DNA from: an uncultured Planctomycetia bacterium
Lineage (GTDB): Bacteria > Planctomycetota > Planctomycetia > Pirellulales > S012-138
Length of the DNA stretch: 64,000 nt
Assembly: GCA_963731685.1 (NCBI GenBank)
Contig: CAVSWR010000036.1
Location: 263,191 to 327,190 of the forward strand
Direction: 5' to 3'
Shown here: positions 52,753 through 61,321 of the stretch, one piece after another
Layout: every line of letters begins with the position of its first letter
Numbering within the stretch: the first letter of the stretch is position 1
Program-made: the position numbers and the translations under genes
The notes under the pieces: model-generated
What the model saw: only the letters and a program-made list of their open reading frames with translations
What the model was told of the DNA's origin: nothing
Database searches by the model: none

Positions 52753-54088
52753 GTGCTCTTGAAAAACGGCCTTGGCTCGCCAGCTTTCGCCGGCGGCGGC
52801 GCCGACCATGTCTACGAATCGCAATGGTGGATGGAACTGCCGCGCCACGCGGATGAAGACGATGAATTCGATCGGGCGATGAGCGAAGGAATCGCCGTGA
52901 CTGACGGCGCCGATGCGGATGTCTGGTCGGACGAGTCATTCCTCCCTGAGGCCGATTCTTTCCGTGATTGCGAACCTTCGCCAACTTCCGTTGGAGTTCA
53001 CGCTTTAGGCTGCTTGACGCCGCCGCGCGCGGAACGATCAACGGCAACGGCGCGCTTTTCGAAAGGCGCCACGTTCCCATAAAACGCTTATCGAGTCCAA
53101 GCCGCCGCGCGAATCCCGCCGCGGCGCGCTCTGGCTCGGTGTTTCGCTCCTCGTGGCCTTCTTCTCTCTGTTCCAGGCCCTTCCCCGTTGGTCAGCAAAC
53201 GACGGCCTTGCGCCGACGTGCGTTGAGCAAGCCGTCACTCTCGACTCGCTCGACACCAAACTTGCCGGCGACTACCGCGTCGGCGGCGAGTCCTTCAGCT
53301 TCTTCAACATCGAGGACATTCGCCCCGGACAACTCGTCCTCGCCTCGAACCCCGCCACCGGCCAGCTTGAGCCCAAACGCGTCAAGCAAATCTTCCGCCG
53401 CATTACGGACCATCTCCGCCACCTCACCTTTGAATCCTCCACCGGCGCCCGCCAAACCTTCGAAACCACCGACGAGCACCCCTTCTGGTCGCAATCCGAA
53501 TTTCGCTGGCGCCCCGCCGGCGACCTCCAACCCGGCGACCGAGTCATCGACCCCCACGGCGCCACCTCTCTCCTCGTCGCCACGCATCGCGAACCCCACC
53601 CCGAAGGCGTCCCAGTCTACAACTTCGAGGTAGAAGGCTTCCACAGCTACTTCGTAGCGGCAAAAGGCCCTGGCGGCCAGCCAGTGTTGGTGCATAATGC
53701 AAATTCACAAACATATGGCCCCCACAAATCAATTGGAACGAAAACCGGAGAGCAACGTCATCACATAATCCAAGATGCAAGAGCCAGGATTGTCGACAAC
53801 TACAAGTATGGCGATGCTCCCGCGGTTCGACTTCGGGGGAACCGCTTGCGTGGCACGCCGCATGGCGATGCGAGCGCGATGCAAACTCGAATAAATCAGA
53901 CGCTCCTAAAGAAAGGCACGACTCGGATAAGGTATCCACAAGCTCGATCGGCGGCGCGCGCTGAACTAAGGGCCGCAGGTCTCACGGAAAAGGAAATAGA
54001 CATCTTGATAGAGGAAGCCGACGATTACTTCATAAACGAACTGAAAATTGATGTAACGCAACGCATTTTCAACGTCCCAACGCAATGA
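52753..54088 (+). CDS. Polymorphic-toxin cassette B: 5'-truncated orphan (homology starts ~52800 at ADHVYxxQW); apparent frameshift ~53040-53090; Hint domain plus toxin tip B (RHHIIQ-type putative HNH-fold nuclease)
   Basis: …VYNFEVEGFHSYFVAAKGPGGQPVLVHNANSQTYGPHKSIGTKTGEQRHHIIQDARARIV… The tip is unrelated to tips A, C and D. Confidence 0.55.
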
Positions 54089-54921
54089 AAACCTGTAACT
54101 ATGTACGTATAAGGCGTGGCCTAACTGAGTGTAAATCACTAGTCTTGGCTCATATCGAAGATGATGACTCGCCAGATGTAATAGTGAGTCAACTCATTTC
54201 TATTGGCAGCGGTGACTGCGAAATTGTGGGTGACTTTCCAGGTGAGTGGATCACGTGCTTCGACGTTCAAGAAGACCTATGTGTTGCGGTTTCGTCGCTC
54301 GGAACAATCTACGAATATCGCCATGGTAAATGGAGCATCATTGCACAATTGACCTTTCCTAATGTGATCGCTGATGTGATCATATTGGATCGTGGCACGT
54401 ACTTGATTGCTGGCCAAGGCGGATTGATAGGCGAGTGGTCGCATGATGGATTTGTGCGAACCAGAGCATCTCGACGTGTGGACTTGATCTCAATTTGTCG
54501 CGATGAAGACGGTGGTTACTTGATATGTGGTGACCAAGGAACCATCCTGAGGTATCGCGACAATGCGGTGTTTAGCGAAGATGCAGGCACGCGTGAAAAG
54601 CTAACGAGGATTCTTTGTACGAATGCAGGTTTGTCATTTGCTTGTGGTTGGAACGGCGCATTGATACGGCGCGAAAGCGGAAAATGGCTACCGATGGATA
54701 GTGGCACAGATTGGTGCCTTACCGGGATCGCAATCACCGATCACGACCAAGTCTATGTGGCAGGTGGCGGGCTCGCCCGAGTTGGAAACGGTACTTGCTG
54801 TGTAGAAATAGATTCTGATCTAACGAATACATATTTATTTGACATATGGAAGATTCGTGACGAGCAGTTTATCGTTACCGGCGTGGACCAGGTATTGACT
54901 GGACCTCCGTGGAAAGTTTAA
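54085..54921 (+). CDS. Candidate immunity protein for toxin tip B
   Basis: ATGA start/stop overlap. ~45% GC. 278-aa protein with repeated G-x-L/I-rich units suggesting a repeat/propeller fold. Confidence 0.45.
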   Translation: MKTCNYVRIRRGLTECKSLVLAHIEDDDSPDVIVSQLISIGSGDCEIVGDFPGEWITCFDVQEDLCVAVSSLGTIYEYRHGKWSIIAQLTFPNVIADVIILDRGTYLIAGQGGLIGEWSHDGFVRTRASRRVDLISICRDEDGGYLICGDQGTILRYRDNAVFSEDAGTREKLTRILCTNAGLSFACGWNGALIRRESGKWLPMDSGTDWCLTGIAITDHDQVYVAGGGLARVGNGTCCVEIDSDLTNTYLFDIWKIRDEQFIVTGVDQVLTGPPWKV

Positions 54922-55062
54922 TGCAACCTTGAATATTGGTTTCAAACGTGGACTGCTGATCGTTGCGATGGTCTGCCCGTGCTACCTGTTGCGGAATTGA
55001 GGGCGACCAAGAACAGCCAAATCCGACTTGTGAGCCAGTTAGGTTCGCAACTAGCTCGGACT

Positions 55063-56712
55063 TACCTACCTGAGCGGCAAAGGCATCGCTCATGGCGTCG
55101 AGGCGATCGGCAACGGCGAGACGGTCGAAGGCATCAGTAGCGTCCTCTTGGGCGCCCTCGGCGTGGCCGGCGCCTTGTCGATGCGTTGGAACTGCTTCAC
55201 CGCCGGCCATCAGATTCTCGCCTTGCCGCTCGGCGTGACGGTGGCCGAAGCCGCGCTCGGCGCGAATGATGAAACGACCGGTTGGCGAACCGAGTATCTC
55301 ATCGGCGCCGGCGTAGCGATTGCCGTCGGCATGACCGGTTGGGCGCGCGAGCGCCGCAAACGCAGGCGATTGTTGGCGGAAGCCCGCGACCATGTGTATG
55401 GTTGCCAGTGGGAAACAAACTCGCGACATGACTTCGACGATAACGACGACCCGTTGCGGGAAGCAATCGCCATGGACCACGCGGAAGCCGCTATTTGGTC
55501 AGATGAATCGTTCCTCCCAGACGGGGATTCGTTCAATGAGCCAACAACCACGTCTTTTACTTCAGGCTCTGAACAAGCTCACAGCGTAGCGTGCCTTGCG
55601 CCGCCGCATGTGGCGCTTTCCGCTCGAATGCCGTGCGCCACGAAACCATCCGCTGCCCGCAATGCGAACGTGAAAGTTAAGACGCCGCGCCGATCCCGTC
55701 GCAGCGGTCTTTGGCTTGGTCTTTCACTCGTCGTAGCTTTCTTCTGCCTGTTCCAGGCGTTACCTCGCTGGTCTTCCACCGATGGCCTGCCATCGGCGGG
55801 CAATCGGCACGCCGTCGCTCCTTCTTCGCTCGACACGAACATCGCCAGCGACTACCGCGTCGGCGCGAACACGTACAACTTCTTCAACATCGAGGACATT
55901 CGACCCGGACAACTGGTCCTCGCCTCGAACCCCGCCACCGGCCAACTCGAACCGCGGCGAGTCCTTCAAACCTTCCGCCGCACAACCCATCACCTGCGCC
56001 ACCTGACCTTCCAATCCCCCACCGGCGCCCACCAAACCTTCGAAACCACCGACGAGCACCCCTTCTGGTCCCACGGCGCCGCCCGCTGGACCCCCGCTGG
56101 CGACCTCCAACCCGGCGACCGAGTCATCGACCCCCACGGCGCCAATCCCTACTCATCGCCACCCGCCGCGACCCCCATCCCGAAGGCGTCACCGTCTACA
56201 ACTTCGAGGTCGAAGGTTTCCACAGCTATTTCGTAGCCGCCAAAGGCCCTGGCGGCCAACCGGTATTGGTTCATAATGCAGCCTGCGGCCCCAACTCGCC
56301 CAGCCGGTCCAGATCCCGTCCGGCCAACGACGAATACCGTTCGAGTTACGACCGGATTTTTGGTGGCACCCCTAGGGGCGGAGCACATCCTGCTACTAAG
56401 AAAGCTGCAAGTTTTGGCAGTACAATGCATGCCGATAAACCCGGACACCTTCCGGACCAACTGCGTCAACGCTTTCCAGAGACTGAGTTTGAATTCACCA
56501 AACCGGGCGTTGCAGGACAAGATGTAAAGGTCGCGGGTGGCAAACACCCTTCGGATTACGCTGGATCGACGTGGCCAAGCGGAGTTAACCATGCTGATTT
56601 CAAACCGAATACCCCCGGTGGCTTGAAGACGTTCCAATCCGACCAGCTCAAGAAATGGTTGGAGAGGACCGAAATGTTACGCTACAATCCATCAACCGGA
56701 GACCTACTGTGA
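55063..56712 (+). CDS. Polymorphic-toxin cassette B2: 5'-truncated orphan (homology starts ~55063, just before the CFTAGHQ motif); 1-nt deletion ~56150; Hint domain plus toxin tip C (unassigned)
   Basis: ORFs 55148..56236 and 55711..56712. The tip shares its first ~25 aa (ACGPNSPSRSRSRPANDEYRSSYDRIFGG) with tip A and then diverges (…HADKPGHLPDQLRQRFPETEFEFTKPGVAGQDVKVAGGKHPSDYAGSTWPSGVNHADFKPNTPGG…). Confidence 0.5.
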
Positions 56713-57152
56713 TTAGCAAACAATTGGCGTATCCAGGGTTTACGATTGATGTTCCATGCAGCTGGGATGATATTACGGCGACTCTTGATGATGCGGACGC
56801 GCCTATTACAATCGCAGATCCTCAAGCAGGTTTGGGGGCGTTTCAGATATCGCCTGCGTTATATAAACGTGGTGTCTTACCCAAAGTGACGCCCAACGAC
56901 CTGCGGACTATGCTTCTTGAGTTTACGTCCGCTAAGGGCTTTCATGCCGCTGGCGACGTGATAGAGAATCTGGGCGACACCATTGTGGTGGGCGGCGTTT
57001 TTCGCAGTTCAAACTACGCCGTGGAAGTTGCCTACGCCTCTGACGGGCGGAGTATTCTGTTGGTAACCTATGTTTGTGAATGGTTTCAGAGGCGTCAGGA
57101 ATCGGACGTGAGAATGGCAGTGATCCGCTCAATCCGCTTTGTTGATTCTTAA
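56709..57152 (+). CDS. Candidate immunity protein for toxin tip C
   Basis: GTG overlapping the toxin stop (GTGA). 148 aa, soluble. Confidence 0.4.
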   Translation: MISKQLAYPGFTIDVPCSWDDITATLDDADAPITIADPQAGLGAFQISPALYKRGVLPKVTPNDLRTMLLEFTSAKGFHAAGDVIENLGDTIVVGGVFRSSNYAVEVAYASDGRSILLVTYVCEWFQRRQESDVRMAVIRSIRFVDS

Positions 57153-57351
57153 AGGCATGACGCATGACCAAGTCATGCTGTAACGACTCGTAGACCGCCA
57201 ATGCTTTAACCGAGAAGTAAAACGGGGACATCCTACTTTTTCGTTGCGGGTGCGCCGGCGTGCTGTCGAATGATCCGCCGCCGTGACCATCGTCTACGGC
57301 GGCCCGGCGATCGTCGCTGAGGTGAAGAGAAAAAGGGGATAAGTCCAATAT

Positions 57352-60300
57352 TTGCTCAATTTCAATCTGCCGTCGGTCGAGTTTTTGGTCGATCGGGCGT
57401 CGCACGAGGCGACCTGGGCCGCGGCCGAGGCGCCGCAATACGTCGCCTATCGCACGGCGGCGGCCCAGCTTCAACGCACTTACGACACCGCCGACATCAA
57501 CGCCGGGCGGGCCTGGGAAACCGCCCTGGCCACGGCCGGCTACAACCGCGACGTGGCCGAGGCCGCCGCCGAATATGCGAAAGAAACGGCCGTGGCCGCC
57601 GCGGGCAAGGCCTACGTCGACGGCGTCGCCCCCGTGGAGAGGACGCGCGCCGCCGACGTGGCCATAGCCTATCTCCTCTACGACTTCGCCGTGGCCGGCG
57701 CGCAATACGATTACGACATCGCCGATGTCCCGGACATGAACGTCTACAACGCCGCCGTGTCGGCCGCCGCGGGCGTTCGCGACGCGGCCGTCAAGACCGC
57801 CGAAAAGGCCTACGACACCGACGCCATCCAGGTCGAAAAGACGCGTCTTATCGCCCAGGCCGGCGCCGAACGTGACGCGAGCGTGGCTTTCGCCACCGCC
57901 GACGAGACTTGGCTCATCGCCGCCGCCGACGCCACGAAGACCGCCGCGCTGGCCGACGCCACGGCCGTCCACGACCGCGACCTGGCGCTGTTGAACACTG
58001 ACACCGGCTACCAGTCCGACAGCGCCGCCCGCTACGCCGATGAGATGCTCGCGCTGGCCCAAGGCAGCGACACGCCGTGGGGTTGGGAACACTCTGCGGA
58101 GGCCGCCGCCGCGGCCGAATACGCCTCCTCGATGGCCGCCGCCGCACTGACCGACGGCACAACCACGATCAACGAGAGCTACACGTTCGCGCAGACCGAG
58201 GCCGACGAGACCCGCACGCTTTCGGTCAACGAGGCCACGGCCGCCTTCAATTCCGCCACGGCGCTGGCCGCGGCCGAGTACAACCACGTCACGTCCCACG
58301 CCACGGCCCTGGCCAACGACAACTACCACATCGCCGAGCGCGTGCCGACGGCGGTGATCAACCTGGTCGGCCTGGACGACCTGGAAGGCCGCGCGGCCGG
58401 CGACCCGGCCGATTTCATCGCGGCCTTGAACAAGAACGGCGGCTCTCCCTTCAGCGACCTCGGCGACAGCTTCTACACGGCGGCCGTGGATAAGATGTTC
58501 TACACGCCGCCGGAGACCGACGAACTGGGCTACAGCAACAGATTCCAGCGCTGGCTTGGCGAGAACCTCATCCGCCCCGCCGTCGGCGACGACAATCTTA
58601 TCAACGCCAGCGACGCCGAGTTATTCTTCGGCACGGCCGCCTTCGCCACGATCGCGGCCGTCACCATCGTCTACACAGGGCCGACAATCGTTAGTTCGGT
58701 GATCGCCGCGCAGGGCGCCATCGCCGCCTTTGCCGGCAGTTCGTTTTTGGCGTATGAAGTCACGCAAGCGGCCACCGGCGCCGTCATCTCGGGCATCCTC
58801 GATGTGGCCATGCAGTTGCAAGCCGGCACGTCTTGGAGCCGCATCGACTGGGGGCAGGCCGGCATGGCCGCCTTGAACGGCGCCGTGACCGGCGCGGTTT
58901 TCGGCGCGGGCTTCAAGGGTCTCCAATTCGCCGCGACCGCCATCACCACGCGTTTCGCTGCGGCGTGCTTGCCGGTCACCTTCGGACTTAAAGGCATGAT
59001 GGCGGGCATGGCGGTCGACGGTATCAAGAATGGCGTCGAAGCGTGGAACAACGGCGACTTTGTCGGAGGCGCCACAAGCATAGCCTTTGGCATACTCGGC
59101 TTGAAAGGCGCCTTGAGTTTGGGCACAAACTGCTTCACCGCCGGCCATCAGATTCTCGCCTTGCCGCTCGGCGTGACGGTGGCCGAAGCCGCGCTCGGCG
59201 CGAATGATGAAACGACCGGTTGGCGAACCGAGTATCTCGTCGGCGCCGGCGTAGCGATTGCCGTCGGCATGACCGGTTGGGCGATCGAACGCCGCAAACG
59301 CCGGCGATTGTTGGCGGAAGCCCGCGACCACGTGTATGGTTGCCAGTGGGAATCAAACTCGCGACATGAACTCGACGACGACGCCCCGTTGCGGGAAGCA
59401 ATCGCCATGGACCATGCGGAAGCCACTATTTGGGCGGATGAATCGTTCCTGCCAGACGCGGACTCGTTCTATGAGCCAACAACCACCTCTTTTACTTCAG
59501 GCTCTGAACAAGTTCACAGCGTAGCGTGCCTCGCGCCGCCGCAAGTGGCACTTTCCACTCAAACGCCGCGCACCGCAAAAACATCCGCCGCCCGCAAAGC
59601 GAAGGTACCGACCGAGCCGCAGCGTAAATCACATCGCAGCGGTCTCTGGCTGGGTCTTTCACTCGTCGTTGCTTTCTTCTGCCTCTTCCAGGCGCTACCT
59701 CGCTGGTCCCGCACCGACGGCCTAACATCAGCGGGCACCCAACACGGTGTCGCGTCCGCGTCTTTCGACACCAACTTAGGCGCCGACTACCGCGTTGCCG
59801 GCGAATCCTACCAATTCTTCAAAATCGAGGATATCCGTCCCAACCAACTCGTCCTCGCCTCGAACCCCGCCACCGGCCAACTCGAACCGCGGCGAGTTCT
59901 CCAAACCTTCCGTCGCACAACCTATCACCTGCGCCACCTGACCTTCGAGTCCCCATCCGGCGCCCGTCAAACTATCGAAACCACCGACGAGCACCCCTTC
60001 TGGGCGCAATCCGAGTTTCGGTGGCGCCCTGCCGGCGACCTCCAACCCGGCGACCGCGTCATCGACCCGCACGGCGCGCAATCCCTCCTCGTCACCACCC
60101 ACCGCGAGCCCCACCCCGAAGGCGTAGCCGTCTACAACTTCGAGGTCGAAGGCTTCCACAGCTACTTCGTAGCGGCAAAAGGCCCTGGCGGGGAACCAGT
60201 GTTGGTTCATAATGCTAGTTACGGTGAGAATGCGCCAAGGGCGGGAGTCGCGTCAGCTGGCCCGGGAGCGGCGCAATCAAAGTCCAGCGGTTTTACGATG

Positions 60301-60717
60301 TGGCGTTGGATCACTGGTGAGCCCACAAAAGCGTTTCCGCAGGCTCGATTTTCTTTCTACCGTGTCGCCAGATCAGAGAAGTTTGCTTCGCACTTTGGAT
60401 TTTCGAGAGTAGGAGCCGCAAATCGGTCCGAATACGCAGCTTTCCTGCGACAATTGCGTAGCGCTGAGTTTAGACAAAGCAACGTCGTACAAGGCGGTTG
60501 GGCTGGCCGCGGTGCTGACGGAAACATCGTTATGGCACTAAGCCAGCGCAATCTGAACAACACTATGGCTGCGACTCATGAACTGACGCATTTAGTTCGG
60601 AACTTCCGGGGGATTACGCCTTTTGAGGCTGAGGCATCAATGCGTGGAGTCTTTCGATACAGAGCTTGGATTGAGGAGGCCAGAACATGGTGGCACATGT
60701 GGAGAGGTGGGCAATGA
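57352..60717 (+). CDS. Intact polymorphic toxin (1121 aa): Ala-rich N-terminal region, variable Gly-zipper-like hydrophobic segment, split Hint domain, C-terminal HExxH (zinc-metallopeptidase-like) toxin tip D
   Basis: Single uninterrupted ORF from TTG 57352. Contains CFTAGHQILALPLG…(insert with RRKRRRLL and the TM helix LWLGLSLVVAFFCLF)…IEDIRPNQLVLASNPATGQLEPRRV…TTDEHPFW…GDRVIDP…VYNFEVEGFHSYFV…VLVHNAS, then tip D with AATHELTHLV. Confidence 0.7.
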   Translation: MLNFNLPSVEFLVDRASHEATWAAAEAPQYVAYRTAAAQLQRTYDTADINAGRAWETALATAGYNRDVAEAAAEYAKETAVAAAGKAYVDGVAPVERTRAADVAIAYLLYDFAVAGAQYDYDIADVPDMNVYNAAVSAAAGVRDAAVKTAEKAYDTDAIQVEKTRLIAQAGAERDASVAFATADETWLIAAADATKTAALADATAVHDRDLALLNTDTGYQSDSAARYADEMLALAQGSDTPWGWEHSAEAAAAAEYASSMAAAALTDGTTTINESYTFAQTEADETRTLSVNEATAAFNSATALAAAEYNHVTSHATALANDNYHIAERVPTAVINLVGLDDLEGRAAGDPADFIAALNKNGGSPFSDLGDSFYTAAVDKMFYTPPETDELGYSNRFQRWLGENLIRPAVGDDNLINASDAELFFGTAAFATIAAVTIVYTGPTIVSSVIAAQGAIAAFAGSSFLAYEVTQAATGAVISGILDVAMQLQAGTSWSRIDWGQAGMAALNGAVTGAVFGAGFKGLQFAATAITTRFAAACLPVTFGLKGMMAGMAVDGIKNGVEAWNNGDFVGGATSIAFGILGLKGALSLGTNCFTAGHQILALPLGVTVAEAALGANDETTGWRTEYLVGAGVAIAVGMTGWAIERRKRRRLLAEARDHVYGCQWESNSRHELDDDAPLREAIAMDHAEATIWADESFLPDADSFYEPTTTSFTSGSEQVHSVACLAPPQVALSTQTPRTAKTSAARKAKVPTEPQRKSHRSGLWLGLSLVVAFFCLFQALPRWSRTDGLTSAGTQHGVASASFDTNLGADYRVAGESYQFFKIEDIRPNQLVLASNPATGQLEPRRVLQTFRRTTYHLRHLTFESPSGARQTIETTDEHPFWAQSEFRWRPAGDLQPGDRVIDPHGAQSLLVTTHREPHPEGVAVYNFEVEGFHSYFVAAKGPGGEPVLVHNASYGENAPRAGVASAGPGAAQSKSSGFTMWRWITGEPTKAFPQARFSFYRVARSEKFASHFGFSRVGAANRSEYAAFLRQLRSAEFRQSNVVQGGWAGRGADGNIVMALSQRNLNNTMAATHELTHLVRNFRGITPFEAEASMRGVFRYRAWIEEARTWWHMWRGGQ

Positions 60718-60971
60718 CGGGACACACAACAAAGCTACAACGAGCGTTCTGGTGGTGGCGAAACCCGTTTGTAAAGTTAATCATGCTCATAGCCTTTTCA
60801 GCAATCGGTGGTATAGCTCTTGCAACGCATGAGCTGCCGTTCTGGGTCCGTTTTCCCATTTACATTCTGTGGAGCGTCACTGCAATTCTCACGTTGATTT
60901 GTGCCGCGGCTGTTCTATTGGAGGAACGCGCGCGAAAGAAAAGGCGGAAAGTGTCGGAGGATAAATCATGA
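60714..60971 (+). CDS. Candidate immunity protein for tip D: small two-TM membrane protein
   Basis: ATGA overlap with the toxin stop. Hydrophobic helices LIMLIAFSAIGGIALA and ILWSVTAILTLICAAAVLL, then a KKRRK tail. Confidence 0.5.
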   Translation: MTGHTTKLQRAFWWWRNPFVKLIMLIAFSAIGGIALATHELPFWVRFPIYILWSVTAILTLICAAAVLLEERARKKRRKVSEDKS

Positions 60972-60994
60972 GTTGATGAGGGAAAAAAGCTGTC

Positions 60995-61108
60995 ATGTGG
61001 GGAACGCGGTTTTAGCAGCAGCGCGTGCGGATCGCGGCCCAGCGTCGCGGGTTTTTCGAAAGTTCCGTCGACGGACTCGGCGTGGTTGCGGCGATCGACT
61101 CATCTCGG
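60995..61108 (+). repeat. ~115-bp inter-cassette element, copy 2
   Basis: Homologous to 52540-52660. Confidence 0.7.
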
Positions 61109-61321
61109 ACGGAAGAAAGGACGCGGGCGCATATATTGGGACACTTGCACAATCTGTCGGAGAAAGGAGGACATTCTACTTTTCCTGAATACGTGGAACG
61201 CCCCTTTGTTGTCAGAGCGCGACCTCACTGGCGGCAACTTCCTCCGTGACGGCCTTGTGATCGACTCGTCCGTTTCCTGCGACGACGATGTCCACACGTC
61301 GGTCGCCACACACGGAGGAGA

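Noticed and set aside
57153-57351. Possible N-terminal extension or secretion signal for the intact toxin upstream of TTG 57352
   Set aside because: An in-frame TAA lies at 57340-57342 inside the conserved GATAAGTCC boundary. Copy D reads this region in a different phase because of a 13-nt indel, so no conserved upstream coding sequence is supported.
56932-58329. Long minus-strand ORFs inside the toxin cassettes (56932..58329, 61212..62324, 23811..24905, 14858..15970 and similar)
   Set aside because: All are Gly/Arg/Val-rich mirror frames of well-supported plus- or minus-strand genes. None has a start context or domain motif.
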